64,000 nucleotides of DNA, from NCBI RefSeq assembly GCF_030144855.1, contig NC_082710.1, positions 183,520,001 through 183,584,000 of the forward strand. The letters are read 5' to 3'. The notes under the pieces were generated by a model. That model was given only the letters and a program-made list of their open reading frames with translations, did no database searches and was not told the DNA's origin. The DNA is from Hypanus sabinus (taxonomy: Eukaryota). A program made the position numbers and the translations under genes. Each line of letters opens with the position of its first letter. The first letter of the stretch is position 1. Shown one piece after another: positions 48,656-58,991 of this stretch.

Positions 48656-50367
48656 CTGCAAGAGACAGAAATCCCATGTTAGGAACTAGGGCCAATGATA
48701 AAGAGCAGGCTGTTCCCACTGTGGACCTGTACGGTGTCAGATAGATCTCTGGTGAACCAGTACCTGCCCTCCATTTTAAGATTCGTCCCCCTTGTTTTGC
48801 CTCTCAACTGGAGGAAATGCATCACCTTCCCAAATTCATTCACAAATAATGGAACATTCCAGCACAGTTCAGGCCCTGGTTTTGTGACCTCTGACGGCTG
48901 GGTCACCAGTCTTGTAAAGACACTGCAGCAACGGCAAACCGCTTCTGTAGAAACATACGCCAAGAACAACCATGGTCACGAGTAGAGCAACAGCAGGAAG
49001 TGGGTCCTCCCCACAGGCAACGAGCCCTTGCTCGGTAGACAGATGGAAGACCGTGATCTGAACCCTAACCCTAATGCATGATCACACAACACACGATGAT
49101 GCTACTGATACCACCTTCAACCCACAATGTTGCGCCAAAATTTTAACCTGCTCTAAGATCACTGTAACCCCTCCCACCCACGCATTAGGGTAAGGGGTAG
49201 GGTAGCCCTCCATTTTTCTATCATCCATGTGCTTATCTAAAACTCTCTTAAATTTCCCTAATGTCCCTGGCAGCACGTTATACACACCCAGCACTCCATA
49301 AAAAATCTTCCTCTGATACCCACCCCTGCACTTTCCTCCAACCTACTCAAAATTATGCCCCCTCATGTTAGCCACTTCTGCACCTACGACATTTTCTCTA
49401 ATCCAAGCAGCATCCTGGGAGATCTTATGAGGCGACCAGAACTGAACACAATATTCCACCTTCTATAAGAGAATGGCCTTGTCTCTGGATGGGCAGATGC
49501 CACAGTGGTTAATCTAGGCTCAACTGCCGGTCTTCCATAAATAAAAAACCTTGCCCAGGCTTGCGACCTGGAAACTTTCCAAGGTGCAAATCCACGGTCC
49601 ATCAAGACTAACGGAGGCTGAATCAAATGAAGGGCTGGGATGTATTGGGTTTTCTGAACACAGGGACATTATCCAACGGTCAAATGGCGCCACAACACGA
49701 ACCTCTCACTCAGCTAATGAGCGGATCATCAACTACAGGAGGAAGACATCATGATCCAGTCCTCGTCAAGTGGAGAGCTTTAAATTCCTTGGCATTGTCA
49801 CATCCAAGGGTCTGTCTTGGGACCAGCAGGTCAGAGCAATCACAAAGAAGGGTTGACAGCAACCCTACTTTCTTCGAGGTTCACATAGATTTACTATGTC
49901 ATCTAAGACTCTACCTTCTATAGAAGCACAGTGCACAGTTCCCTGACCGGTTGCATTGAGGCCTGGTTTGGAAACACCAATGCCCAGGAATGGAAAAAGT
50001 GGTGGATACAGCCCAGTCCATCACAGGCAACAGCCTCCGTGCCAGAGCACGTCTACAAGGAGCGCTGCCACAAGAAAGCAGCTCCCATCATCACGGGGCC
50101 CACCATCCAGCCATACCGTTTTCTCGCTGCTACCATCGGGCAAAAGGTACAGGAGCCTCAGATCCTACATCACCTGGGTCAGGAACAGTTATTACCATCA
50201 GCTCCCGAACCAGCGAGGATAACTTCACTCATCTCAGTGCTGAACTGCCTCCACAACCCACAGACTCACTTTCACGGACTCTACAACTCGTTCTCAGAAT
50301 TATTCTTCTTAACTTGTACGATGCATCTTCTTTTGCACATTGGCTGTTTGTCAGTCTTTGTTCACGT

Positions 50368-50604
50368 TGTGGCGACCCATTTCCTGGCACACCCGAACTG
50401 GCTCACAATTAGCCAGCGTTCCGGCTAAGGGAGATAGCCTACGGGGGTTTGTGAGTACGTGTCTTTTGGAGCATCCGCGCCCATGGGGGGCGGGTTGAGG
50501 GAGGCTTTAAAGCAAGGCTGTTTAGTTCGAATAAAGTTATCTTTGACTGCAGTTTACCGATTCCCGTGTCGTTATTTTAGCGCTGCGTGTAGCACACCGC
50601 TACA
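50368..50604 (+). mobile_element. Solo LTR (237 bp), Gypsy-like
   Basis: TGTGGCG...CGCTACA termini, internal AATAAA, 4-bp TSD ACGT (50364-50367, 50605-50608). Confidence 0.85.
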
Positions 50605-50859
50605 ACGTAATAAATTCTACTGCATTTTTATTTTCCAGTAAATGCCTACAAGAAAATGAATCTCAGGGTAACCAATCTTGTAGGCATTTACAGGAAAATT
50701 TGTAAATCTCTTTCTCCAAACAAAGATGTGATTTTTCACTTCAGTGTTCCGTTCCTTCCCCAACTTCCTCCGCACCCACCACAAACCTCCAACTCTATAC
50801 CCTCACTCTCACAATCTGATAGGTATAAATTCACAATCTCCTTTACTGCTGGTCCTTAC

Positions 50860-50886
50860 CAAGTTCTTCTTTCAATTCTTCTATCC
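50860..50886 (-). CDS. BTN-like microexon 2 (27 nt): (R)IEELKEEL
   Basis: ttctctttgttacAG|27 nt|GTaagg; phase 1-1, coiled-coil-like peptide. Confidence 0.87.
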
Positions 50887-51280
50887 CTGTAACAAAGAGA
50901 AAGAAAACAAAAATCAATCAGCAGTTTTATTCTTGCCCAGAACCATTATTGGTAGGTGGCACAGTAATTGGACTTTCAGAAGGGCTTTGACCAGTTGCCA
51001 CACACGAGGCTGTTTCACAAGCTACGAGCCTGTGGTATTACAGGAAAGATTCTAACGCGGATAAAGCAGTGGCTGATTGGCAGGATTCAGAGTGGGAATA
51101 AAGGGAGCCTTCTCTGGTTGACTGCCAGTGACTAGTGGTGTTCCACAGCGGTCTGTGTTGGGACCGATTCTTTTTACATTGTATGTCAATACAGAAGACT
51201 AAAGGACAGCCAGACTCAAGCAAGAAGAACAGGAACTTATCGAACCATGGTTCTCTACAGAAGGATCCATCTCCAGACTC

Positions 51281-51400
51281 ACTGACACGGACCTGGTACA
51301 TGAACCCAGACACACTGACACGGACCCGGTACATGAACCCAGACACAGTGACACGGACACGGTACATGAACCCAGACACACCGACACGGACCCGGCATAT
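51281..51400. repeat. 33-bp minisatellite, about 3.6 copies
   Basis: Unit ACTGACACGGACCCGGTACATGAACCCAGACAC starting at 51281, 51314, 51347 and 51380. Confidence 0.9.
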
Positions 51401-51569
51401 TAACCCTTACAGAGAAAAGAGAAACAACAACATCAACAATCAATGAATCGCCAGGATTTGGACCGCGAAGTAAGCACTTCTAACGGACCTCCCTCGAAGC
51501 TAGCCATTCAGAATATTCTGCAGCTAAACTGTTCACAGTGTTTTGAACCAGCCAACTAGACCATGACAT

Positions 51570-51785
51570 ACACGAGGAAATCTGCAGATGCTGGAAATTC
51601 AAACAACACACAAAATGCTGGTGGAACACAGCAGGCCAGGCAGCATCTATAAGGAGAAGCACTGTTGACATTTTGGGCCGAGACTCTGTCCTGACGAAGG
51701 GTCTCGGCCCGAAGCATCGACAGTGCTTCTCTTTATAGATGCTGCCTGGCCTGCTGTGTTCCACCATCATTTTGTGTGTGTTGTT
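51570..51785. mobile_element. 216-bp fold-back element made of two inverted Penelope tails, with TSD
   Basis: About 85-bp inverted arms; flanked by TAGACCATGACAT (51557-51569) and TAGATCATGACAT (51786-51798). Confidence 0.8.
51686..51723 (+). ncRNA. Minimal type I hammerhead ribozyme motif
   Basis: CUGUC-CUGACGA-A-GGGUCUCGGCCC-GAAG-CA-UC-GACAG; stem I compensatory relative to CAGUC/GACUG. Confidence 0.6.
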
Positions 51786-51869
51786 TAGATCATGACATCC
51801 AGTCTTTCGCCATTCGGAGCCCGGAGGAGTATATAAGCCGGCATTCTGAGGAGACAACACCCTCAGCTG

Positions 51870-51911
51870 TGCACTGACGATGGCTTCTCAATTTGAGCCG
51901 AAACCTCTGCA
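51870..51911 (+). ncRNA. Second-family minimal hammerhead motif
   Basis: UGCA-CUGACGA-U-GGCUU(CUCAAUUU)GAGCC-GAAA-CC-UC-UGCA. Confidence 0.5.
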
Positions 51912-52711
51912 AACATTTTGCCAAGCTTGGCTACAAACCAAACTTCCAAATATGTCAATGATTTGGATGACAGAATTTATGGCTTTGAGACTAAGTTTGC
52001 AGAGATAGGTGGAGGGGCAGAAACTTGAAATAGAGAGGCTACAGAAAGAACTTGACCAATTAGGAGAATGGGCAAAAACCGAACAGATGGAATACAGTGT
52101 CGGGCACTTTGGTAGATGAAATGAATGGAGAGAAAATTTTAAAATCCGAGGAGCAAGGGGTCTTGTGGGTACTTGTGTAAGATTCCATAAAGGTTAACTT
52201 GCACGTTGAGTCGGTGGTGAGAAAGTAATTGCAATTTAGCATTCATTTCAAGATGACCAGAATATAAGAGCAAGGATGTAATTTTGAAGCTTTATAAAGC
52301 ACTGTTCAGGCCTCATTTGTAGTATTTGAGCTGATTTGGGACCCTTATATTAGAAGGGATGTGCTGAAACTGGAGAGGATTCAGAGGAGGTCGATGCAAA
52401 TGATTCTGGAATGGATGAGTTACCAAATAAGGACCAGTTGATGACTCTGGACCTATACTCACTGGAATTCCGAAGAATGATGGGGGAATCTCACTGAACC
52501 CTATCGAACGATGAAAGGCCTCAATAGACCAGATTTGGAGAAGAGGGCACAGCCTCAGAACAGCGAGACATCCACTTACAACAAAGATGAGGAAAAATGT
52601 CTCTAGCCAGATGGTTGTACAGGCCAAGTCATCGGGTAAATTTAAGGCAGAGGTTGATGGCATCTTCATTAGTCACAGTGTCAAAGGTCGCAGGGAGAAG
52701 GCAGGTAAATG

Positions 52712-55700
52712 AGTCTAAGTTAATCATATGGGATCCATTTAAAGCATTTCTACGTGGTCAGATCATTTCTTATTCAGCTAAGCTTAAAAAACAGACTAAA
52801 GTAGAATTAGGTAAGATTTCAAAACAAATTAAAGATTTAGATAATATTTATGCAATTTCCCCTAATATTGACTTATTTAAACAAAGGGTGGAACTTCAAT
52901 CACAATATAATTTATTGTTAACTCATCCTATTGAAGGTGACTTGTTTAAGCTAAAAAGTCAATTTTATATGTTTGGAGATAAAAATAACAAACTGCTTGC
53001 ATCTCAATTAAAAACGGCCAGAGCCAAAAGGCAAATTTTGAAAATCCGTAGGAAAGATGGCACCCTGGCTTGGGAGTATGAAGAAGTTAATAAGATTTTT
53101 CAAGATTTTTATACTGAACTTTATAAATTTCAATTTCCAGTGGATTATTCTAAAATGAATGCCTTTTTACGAAAGATTGCTTTTCCTCAAATTTCTGTTG
53201 AGGATCAAAGTACTCTCGTTGCCTAAATTACTGAAGCTTAAATCCATAAAGCTATTTTTTCAATGCAATCCGGTAAGGCCCCTGGACTTGATGGCTATCC
53301 TGTAGAATTCTATAAAAAATTTGGAAAATTGCTTTCTCCGTATATGCTGGAAATGTTTAAAGATGATTTACCCTCTACTTTTTATGAGGCTTCTATTTCT
53401 TTAATTCTTAAAAAGCATAAAGATCCTACTGATTGTGCCTCATACAGTCCTATTTCATTATTGAATGTTGATACTAAGATCCTGTCAAAGATAATAGCCA
53501 ATTGGTTGGAAAATATTTTGGGTTAAATTATTTTTAAAGATCAAACAGGATTTATAAGGGTCGTTAATTCCTTTTCAAATGTTCGGAGATTATTTAATAT
53601 TATATATTCATCTTCTTTTAAAACTCCACAATGCGTCGTCTCTTTGGATGCTGAAAAAGTGTTTGATCGAGTCGAATGGAAATATTCATTTAATGTTTTA
53701 GAGAAATTTTGCTTTGATGTTAATTTTAATAATTGGATTAGAATGATATATAAAACTCCTATTGCTACTGTTATTACTAATAACTGTAGATCCCCTTTTT
53801 TTCAGCTTTCATGGAGAACAAGACAGAGTTGTCCAATAGGTCTTTTGTTATTTAATTTAGTATTAGAACCCCTTGCTAGTGCTCTTCGTGAAGCTAAAGA
53901 TACTCATGGGATTCTTGTGAATGAGACCATTCATAAATTTCTCTTTATGCCGATGATTTACTGATTTACTGGTTTATATATCTAATCCTGAGGAATCTAT
54001 CCCTGCCTTGCTAAAATTATTCAATGAATTTGGGGATTTTTCAGGATATAAAATTAATTTTAATAAAAGTGAACTGTTTCCTTTAAATGAATCTGTTTCT
54101 ATATATGATAATTCTCTTTTCAAAGTTATGGATTCCTTTAGATATCTAGGCATTATAATCACTAAAAAATATAAGGATCTTTATAAAGCTAATTTTGTTC
54201 CCTTGGTAGATTCTATTAAGTATTTATTTAGCAGATGGAACCCACTTACGTTTTCACTCGCTGGCTGCTTCCATACAGTCAAAATGATGATTTTACCACA
54301 TTTTTTAATTTATTTCAGAATATCCCTGTTTTTTTGATCGAGTTGTTTCTATTATCTCATCTTTTATTTGGAATGATAAAAGACCAAGAATTGGTAAATG
54401 TCACTTCCAAAAATTGAAAAAGGACGGAGGTCTTGCTTTGCCTAATTTAAGAATGTATTTCTGGGCTGTTAATGTGCAATATATGCCCTTTTGGTTATAC
54501 TGGGTTGATAAGAACAAGTGGCCAATTTGGGTAGATTTGGAATTGAAAGCTGTGAAACAGTTTTGTTTAACCTCGTTATTGGGAGCTGCTCTACCTATAC
54601 AATTAGCTAAAGTTGCTAATTTAAATTTATACCCTATGATTAAGTATTCTTTACAAATTTGGCTCCAGTTCTGTAATTTTTTTAATCTTAAAAAATTTAA
54701 ACTTTGTAGTTTAATTTATCGAAACTATTTTTTTAAGCCTTCTTTGAGTGATCCAATTTTTTTACTTTGTAAAAATAAAGGTATTAATTCTTTTTTGGAT
54801 ATATTTAAAGAAGACAGTCTTTTGAACAATTAGTTGATAAATACTCTCTTTCATATTCACACTTCTTACAATACCTTCAAGTTAGACATTTCTTACAGAA
54901 ATATTTAAGTAAATTTCCTTGCATATTAGAGGCCGATCTGTTAGATATTATTATGAGTATGAACCCTTTGATGAAGGGTTCCATTGGAAGAATCTATAAT
55001 TTATTATTACAATGGGATAAGCGTCCTTTATTTAAGATTAAACAAGATTGGGAAAAGGAACTTAATTTGACTTTTGTGACGGAGGACTGGACGCGGATTC
55101 TGAAGTTGGTTAACTCTTCTTCGATTTGTGCTAGTCATTCACTGATTCAATTTAAAATTGTACTTCGTTACTATTTGATGGAGAGATTGTCTAAAATCTT
55201 TCCTGATGTTGGTAGTTATTGTGATAGATGTAAAACTGAGACAGCTACACTGACACACATGTTTTGGTCTTGTTCTATACTGGAACAGTTCTGGAAGTCA
55301 GTTTTATCTACAATTTCTAAAGCACTTAAAATTAATTTACAACCTAACAAATTAACTGTGCTCTTTGGAATAATACCTCAAAATATTTGTGGTATTTCTT
55401 TATCTGACCAACATGTTATTGCATTTGTTACATTGATAGCTAGGCGGGTCATTTTGTTGAAATGGAAGGATATGTCGGCTCCCACTCTGTCACAATGGTT
55501 CTCTCAAGTGATGCTATGTCTAAGTTTGGAGAAAATTAGAAGTCGAACCTTCGAACCCATGTTTGATATTGAGAAAAGATGGGGGTCATTTGCTCATTAC
55601 TACCATTTGAGTTAATTGATAGATTTTCTCCACGATCAAATTGTAAATTTTGGTATATTCTTTTTGCTGGCGGTTTGATGTTTATCTTTAGAAGCTTTTT

Positions 55701-55780
55701 GTATGATGCATGGCTCCGGGGTTGAACACTTAATTGGTTTTTTCCCCCCTCACTTTTTTCTTGATTTAGTAGGGGTTTTT
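52712..55780 (+). mobile_element. L1/Tx1-clade LINE, 5'-truncated ORF2 pseudogene
   Basis: WDPFKAFLRGQIISY, GKAPGLDGYPVEFYKKF, SLDAEKVFDRVEW, LYADDL (about 53943-53963), C-terminal CCHC (CDRC...HMFWSC), stop at 55615; many stops and frameshifts. Confidence 0.92.
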
Positions 55781-56099
55781 TGAAAAGATTTGAAAAGAAA
55801 GCTATAATGGAATGGCAGCACAGACTTGATGGGCCAAAGTGCCTAATTCTGCTCCTGTGTCTCACTGTGCCCCGTAGGATGATCGGAGAGAGACTGAATA
55901 GGAACCCGATGGGCAGGGTTTTCAGTACAACGAATGAGCTGCCAACGAAGGTGATGAGGGAGAGACATTAGCAAATGGACGAGTAGGTGAATAGGACAGG
56001 CTTAGATGGACGTGAGGCTGACACGGGCGAACGAGACTGGCTTGGAGCAGTTTGGCTAAGGGCCTGGTTCAGTGCTCTACAAATCAAAGCATTACTTAC

Positions 56100-56126
56100 G
56101 CATAGCACCCGAAGATTTCTTCACGT
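56100..56126 (-). CDS. BTN-like cytoplasmic microexon 1 (27 nt): (N)VKKSSGAM
   Basis: ctttgttcttgcAG|27 nt|GTaagt; phase 1-1, open. Confidence 0.8.
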
Positions 56127-56227
56127 CTGCAAGAACAAAGGACAAACTTGTCAGAATAGGAAACACAGTGAATTAAAACAGCGACAGCAGACTCACCCGT
56201 CGCTGCGTATTCAAATGATACACCCGA

Positions 56228-56770
56228 TAGTGTTGCAGCTCTATAAAACCCTGGTTAGACCACACTTGCAGCACTGTGTCAGCTCTGCTCACCTTACAGG
56301 AAGGATGCGGAATCTCTAGGGAGGAGATGCTGTCTGGATTAGTGAGCATGTCTTAAGAGGGTAGGCTGAGTGAGCGAGGGCTTTTCTCTTTGGAGTGAAG
56401 GAGGACGAGAGGCGACTTGATAGAGGTGTACAAGATGATGAGTCATAGAAAGAGTGGACAGTCAGAGTACTTTTGCCCAAGGGGGAAATGGCTAATACAG
56501 GAGGGCATAAAGTTAAAGTGATAGGAGGAAAGTATGCGGAGGGGGGGGGGGGGGGGGGGAGAATATCAGAGTATGGTTTTTTAAACACTGAGTGCTGGGT
56601 GCATGGAACGCACTGCCAGGGCTGGTGGTAGAGGCAGATACATTAGGGACAATTAAGAGATTCTTAGAAAGGCACATGGATGATAAAAAATCAGAGGGCA
56701 ATGTGAGCGAAGGGTCCAAGAGTAGGTACGACATTGTGAGCCACAGGGCCTGTACTGATCTGTGTTCTAT
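56228..56770 (+). mobile_element. CR1 3' fragment
   Basis: LQLYKTLVRPHLQHCV and 3'UTR; similar pieces at about 62090-62520 (-) and 63070-63450 (+). Confidence 0.75.
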
Positions 56771-57381
56771 TAGGTGATCTATAGAGCAGAACAGCAGAGA
56801 AACGTATCCATCTCTGTTCTACGTTCCATTCCATTCCCAGTACCTTCTGCCTTTCTGGGGGATGTGATATTACTCAGTTCCTCAAGGTTGTCACAGACGG
56901 GGGAGCTGCCACTACCTATTAAATGGCCTCTGACAAGCAAGTCCAGCTCCTGGTTCACGTGTGGCTTCGGCACCAAGACCGCCAGGACTGTTTCGACTGA
57001 CAGAAGGGACAAAGGTGGGTTACTGGCACCTTAAAACCGGTCGCTTCGGGCAGATGTTTGGCCGCTCATCTCGGAAAAGGAAAGTTCTGATTTCAAACTC
57101 TGCTGCCTTGTGGCTGTGTCCACTCGTGGGGAAAGCTGGAGTCCCTAAGGCAGAGTTCAACGCTGACTGGCAACTCTTGCGACACTACTGCTGCCAAGCT
57201 TTATCGTTTTCTGCTGTACCTCTTGAATCAGAGGGAGAGCCTGCGACACAGGTAACAGCTTGTTTTACACAGTACTGCCCCACTTTACGTATCCAATGCA
57301 GACAGCAAGCACGCAACCTGCAGGGCTGAGCCCGACCCTCAGACAGGCCCGGTCATTACCCGTTTGCTGAGTCGTACTCAC

Positions 57382-57501
57382 TGTCAATGCGCTGCCTCAT
57401 CTTGTGATACAAGAGATAGACCAAACCAAGACCTGCAAGAACGAACAGCACCAGGATCCAGAACACAATCTGCCATGCCGAGGTTTGAGGGAAGAAGCTA
57501 T
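57382..57501 (-). CDS. Butyrophilin-like protein, transmembrane exon
   Basis: 120-nt phase 1-1 exon (tttactccctgcAG|...|GTgagt); (D)SFFPQTSAWQIVFWILVLFVLAGLGLVYLLYHKMRQRID. It has the BTN-like D-x-FFP...W start, a hydrophobic span and a basic stop-transfer segment. Confidence 0.92.
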
Positions 57502-58469
57502 CTGCAGGGAGTAAACAACAGTGTCAAGAACTCTCACTCCCCTCCCTCCTCACTCAACCACATTTTCTCAGAACCAGAATCGGCATACGTCATCAAATAG
57601 GTTTTGAGCAGCAGTACATTGTGATACCAAATAATATAAATAAGTACATATGAAAATAAATATGTAGTGGAAATAGGGAGGGAGATAATCGTGAGGCAGT
57701 GTTCATGGGTTCAACGTCCATTTAGGAATCAGATGATAGAGGGGAGGAAGCTGTTCCTGAATCGCTGAGTGTGTGCCTTCAGGCTCCTGTACCTCCTCCC
57801 TGATGGAACCTGTGAGAAGGGGTCAGGACCTGGGTGAGGATCCTTAACGACGGATGCCACCTTTTGAAGGTTTTCTCGATGTTAGATAGACCAGCGCCCA
57901 TGATGAAGCTTAGAATTTTTGGCAGCTTTTTCTGACCTTGTTCAGTGACCCCCCCCCCCCCCCATACCAGGCGGTGTTACAGCCAGTTAAGAGTGCTCTC
58001 CATAGTACATCTATTAAAATTTGCAAGCGTCTTTGGTGACATCCAAGTCTCCTCAAACTCCTAACGAATTATAGATGCTGTTCCGCCTTCTTTGTAACTG
58101 CATCAGTATGTTGGGCCCAGGATAAATCATCAGAGACAGTCGGGAGCCTGAAACTGTTCACCCTTTCCTCTGCTGACCCCTCGATGAGGACTATTGTGTC
58201 TACCCTCGACGTACCCTTCCTGAAGTCCACAATCAATTCCTTGGTCTTAATGACATTGAGTTCAAGGTTGTTGCTATGACACCCGACAACCAGCTGAACT
58301 ATCTTGCTCCTGAAAGCCTCCTCCCTCTGCTGCCCAAACACAGTTCACTCCTCCTCATTGGTTCACTCTTCACCTCATAACTCAACGTGCCTCCAACCCA
58401 ACTCAATCTCCCATCCACCCAGCCTCCCTGAACCCACTGCTCTCCCCGGGTAAGGTTTCACTGCTAACG

Positions 58470-58991
58470 TGACGGTCGTTCTGCAGAGGCAGTGTTTGGG
58501 TTATGGTCAGAGATGACCGATGCTTTGGAACGTGCGCCGTCCAATGAAGGGAGCGGGTTTTTCGTGTTGTGTGCCTGACACCAGGGTGAGCCGGGTCTTT
58601 TGTTCGGCGGGAGATGGAGGGAGAAGATGCCGGAGAAGTCACAGCACTTGACCCGGAGCGGGACCATGATTTGATGAAGCTCGGAGATTGAAAGAGGATC
58701 AGTGAAGGGGAAACTGTGAGCTCCAACTTGTGCACATTAGACTGTTTCATAAAACTGGCCTATTTTGCTTTTTCTTTACTAACCCTTTAGTCAAATGAAG
58801 AATTAGTAACCAAAGTTTTTTAACTGTTATGAAGTGTACCGTCTGTTATTTTGTGGTACTTATTTGTAATAGGGGAACGAATCATGCAACATCCACACAA
58901 ACAGGGGGCTTTGGGGTTTGGCACCTCAATCTCGCGTGTTTGGCAGGGCCGGAGATTATCTTTCCTAGACCCACGGCACCAGAGTGTTGCA
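58470..58991. mobile_element. Probable LTR remnant
   Basis: Shares the block TGAGCTCC.ACTT...ACTG.TT.A....TGG.CC.TTTT with 9770-10143; ends GTGTTGCA; no clear TSD. Confidence 0.4.

Larger units (their letters stand above)
51191..51950 (+). mobile_element. Probable second Penelope-type pLTR/3'UTR insertion
   Basis: 9-bp TSD TATGTCAAT (51182-51190, 51951-51959) splitting a CR1 RT at YVN|DLD; hammerhead-like motif at 51870-51911. Confidence 0.6.
51000..52710 (+). mobile_element. CR1 fragment interrupted by the 51191-51950 insertion; its 3'UTR resumes after the L1 at about 55790-55860
   Basis: VTSGVPQRSVLGPILFTLYVN | DLDD continuity across the TSD. Confidence 0.75.

Noticed and set aside
48764-48790. 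27-nt open segment GRILKWRA with a GTACTG donor
   Set aside because: The acceptor is AAG with a purine-rich upstream region and no polypyrimidine tract.
48940-49010. Hydrophobic stretch LPAVALLVTMVVLGVCFYR on the minus strand, possible TM exon
   Set aside because: It is an inverted copy of the repeat at 6420-6780 and has no splice sites; the real TM exon is 57382-57501.
49061-49074. AACCCTAACCCTAA telomere-like motif
   Set aside because: Only two units; expected by chance or at a repeat tail.
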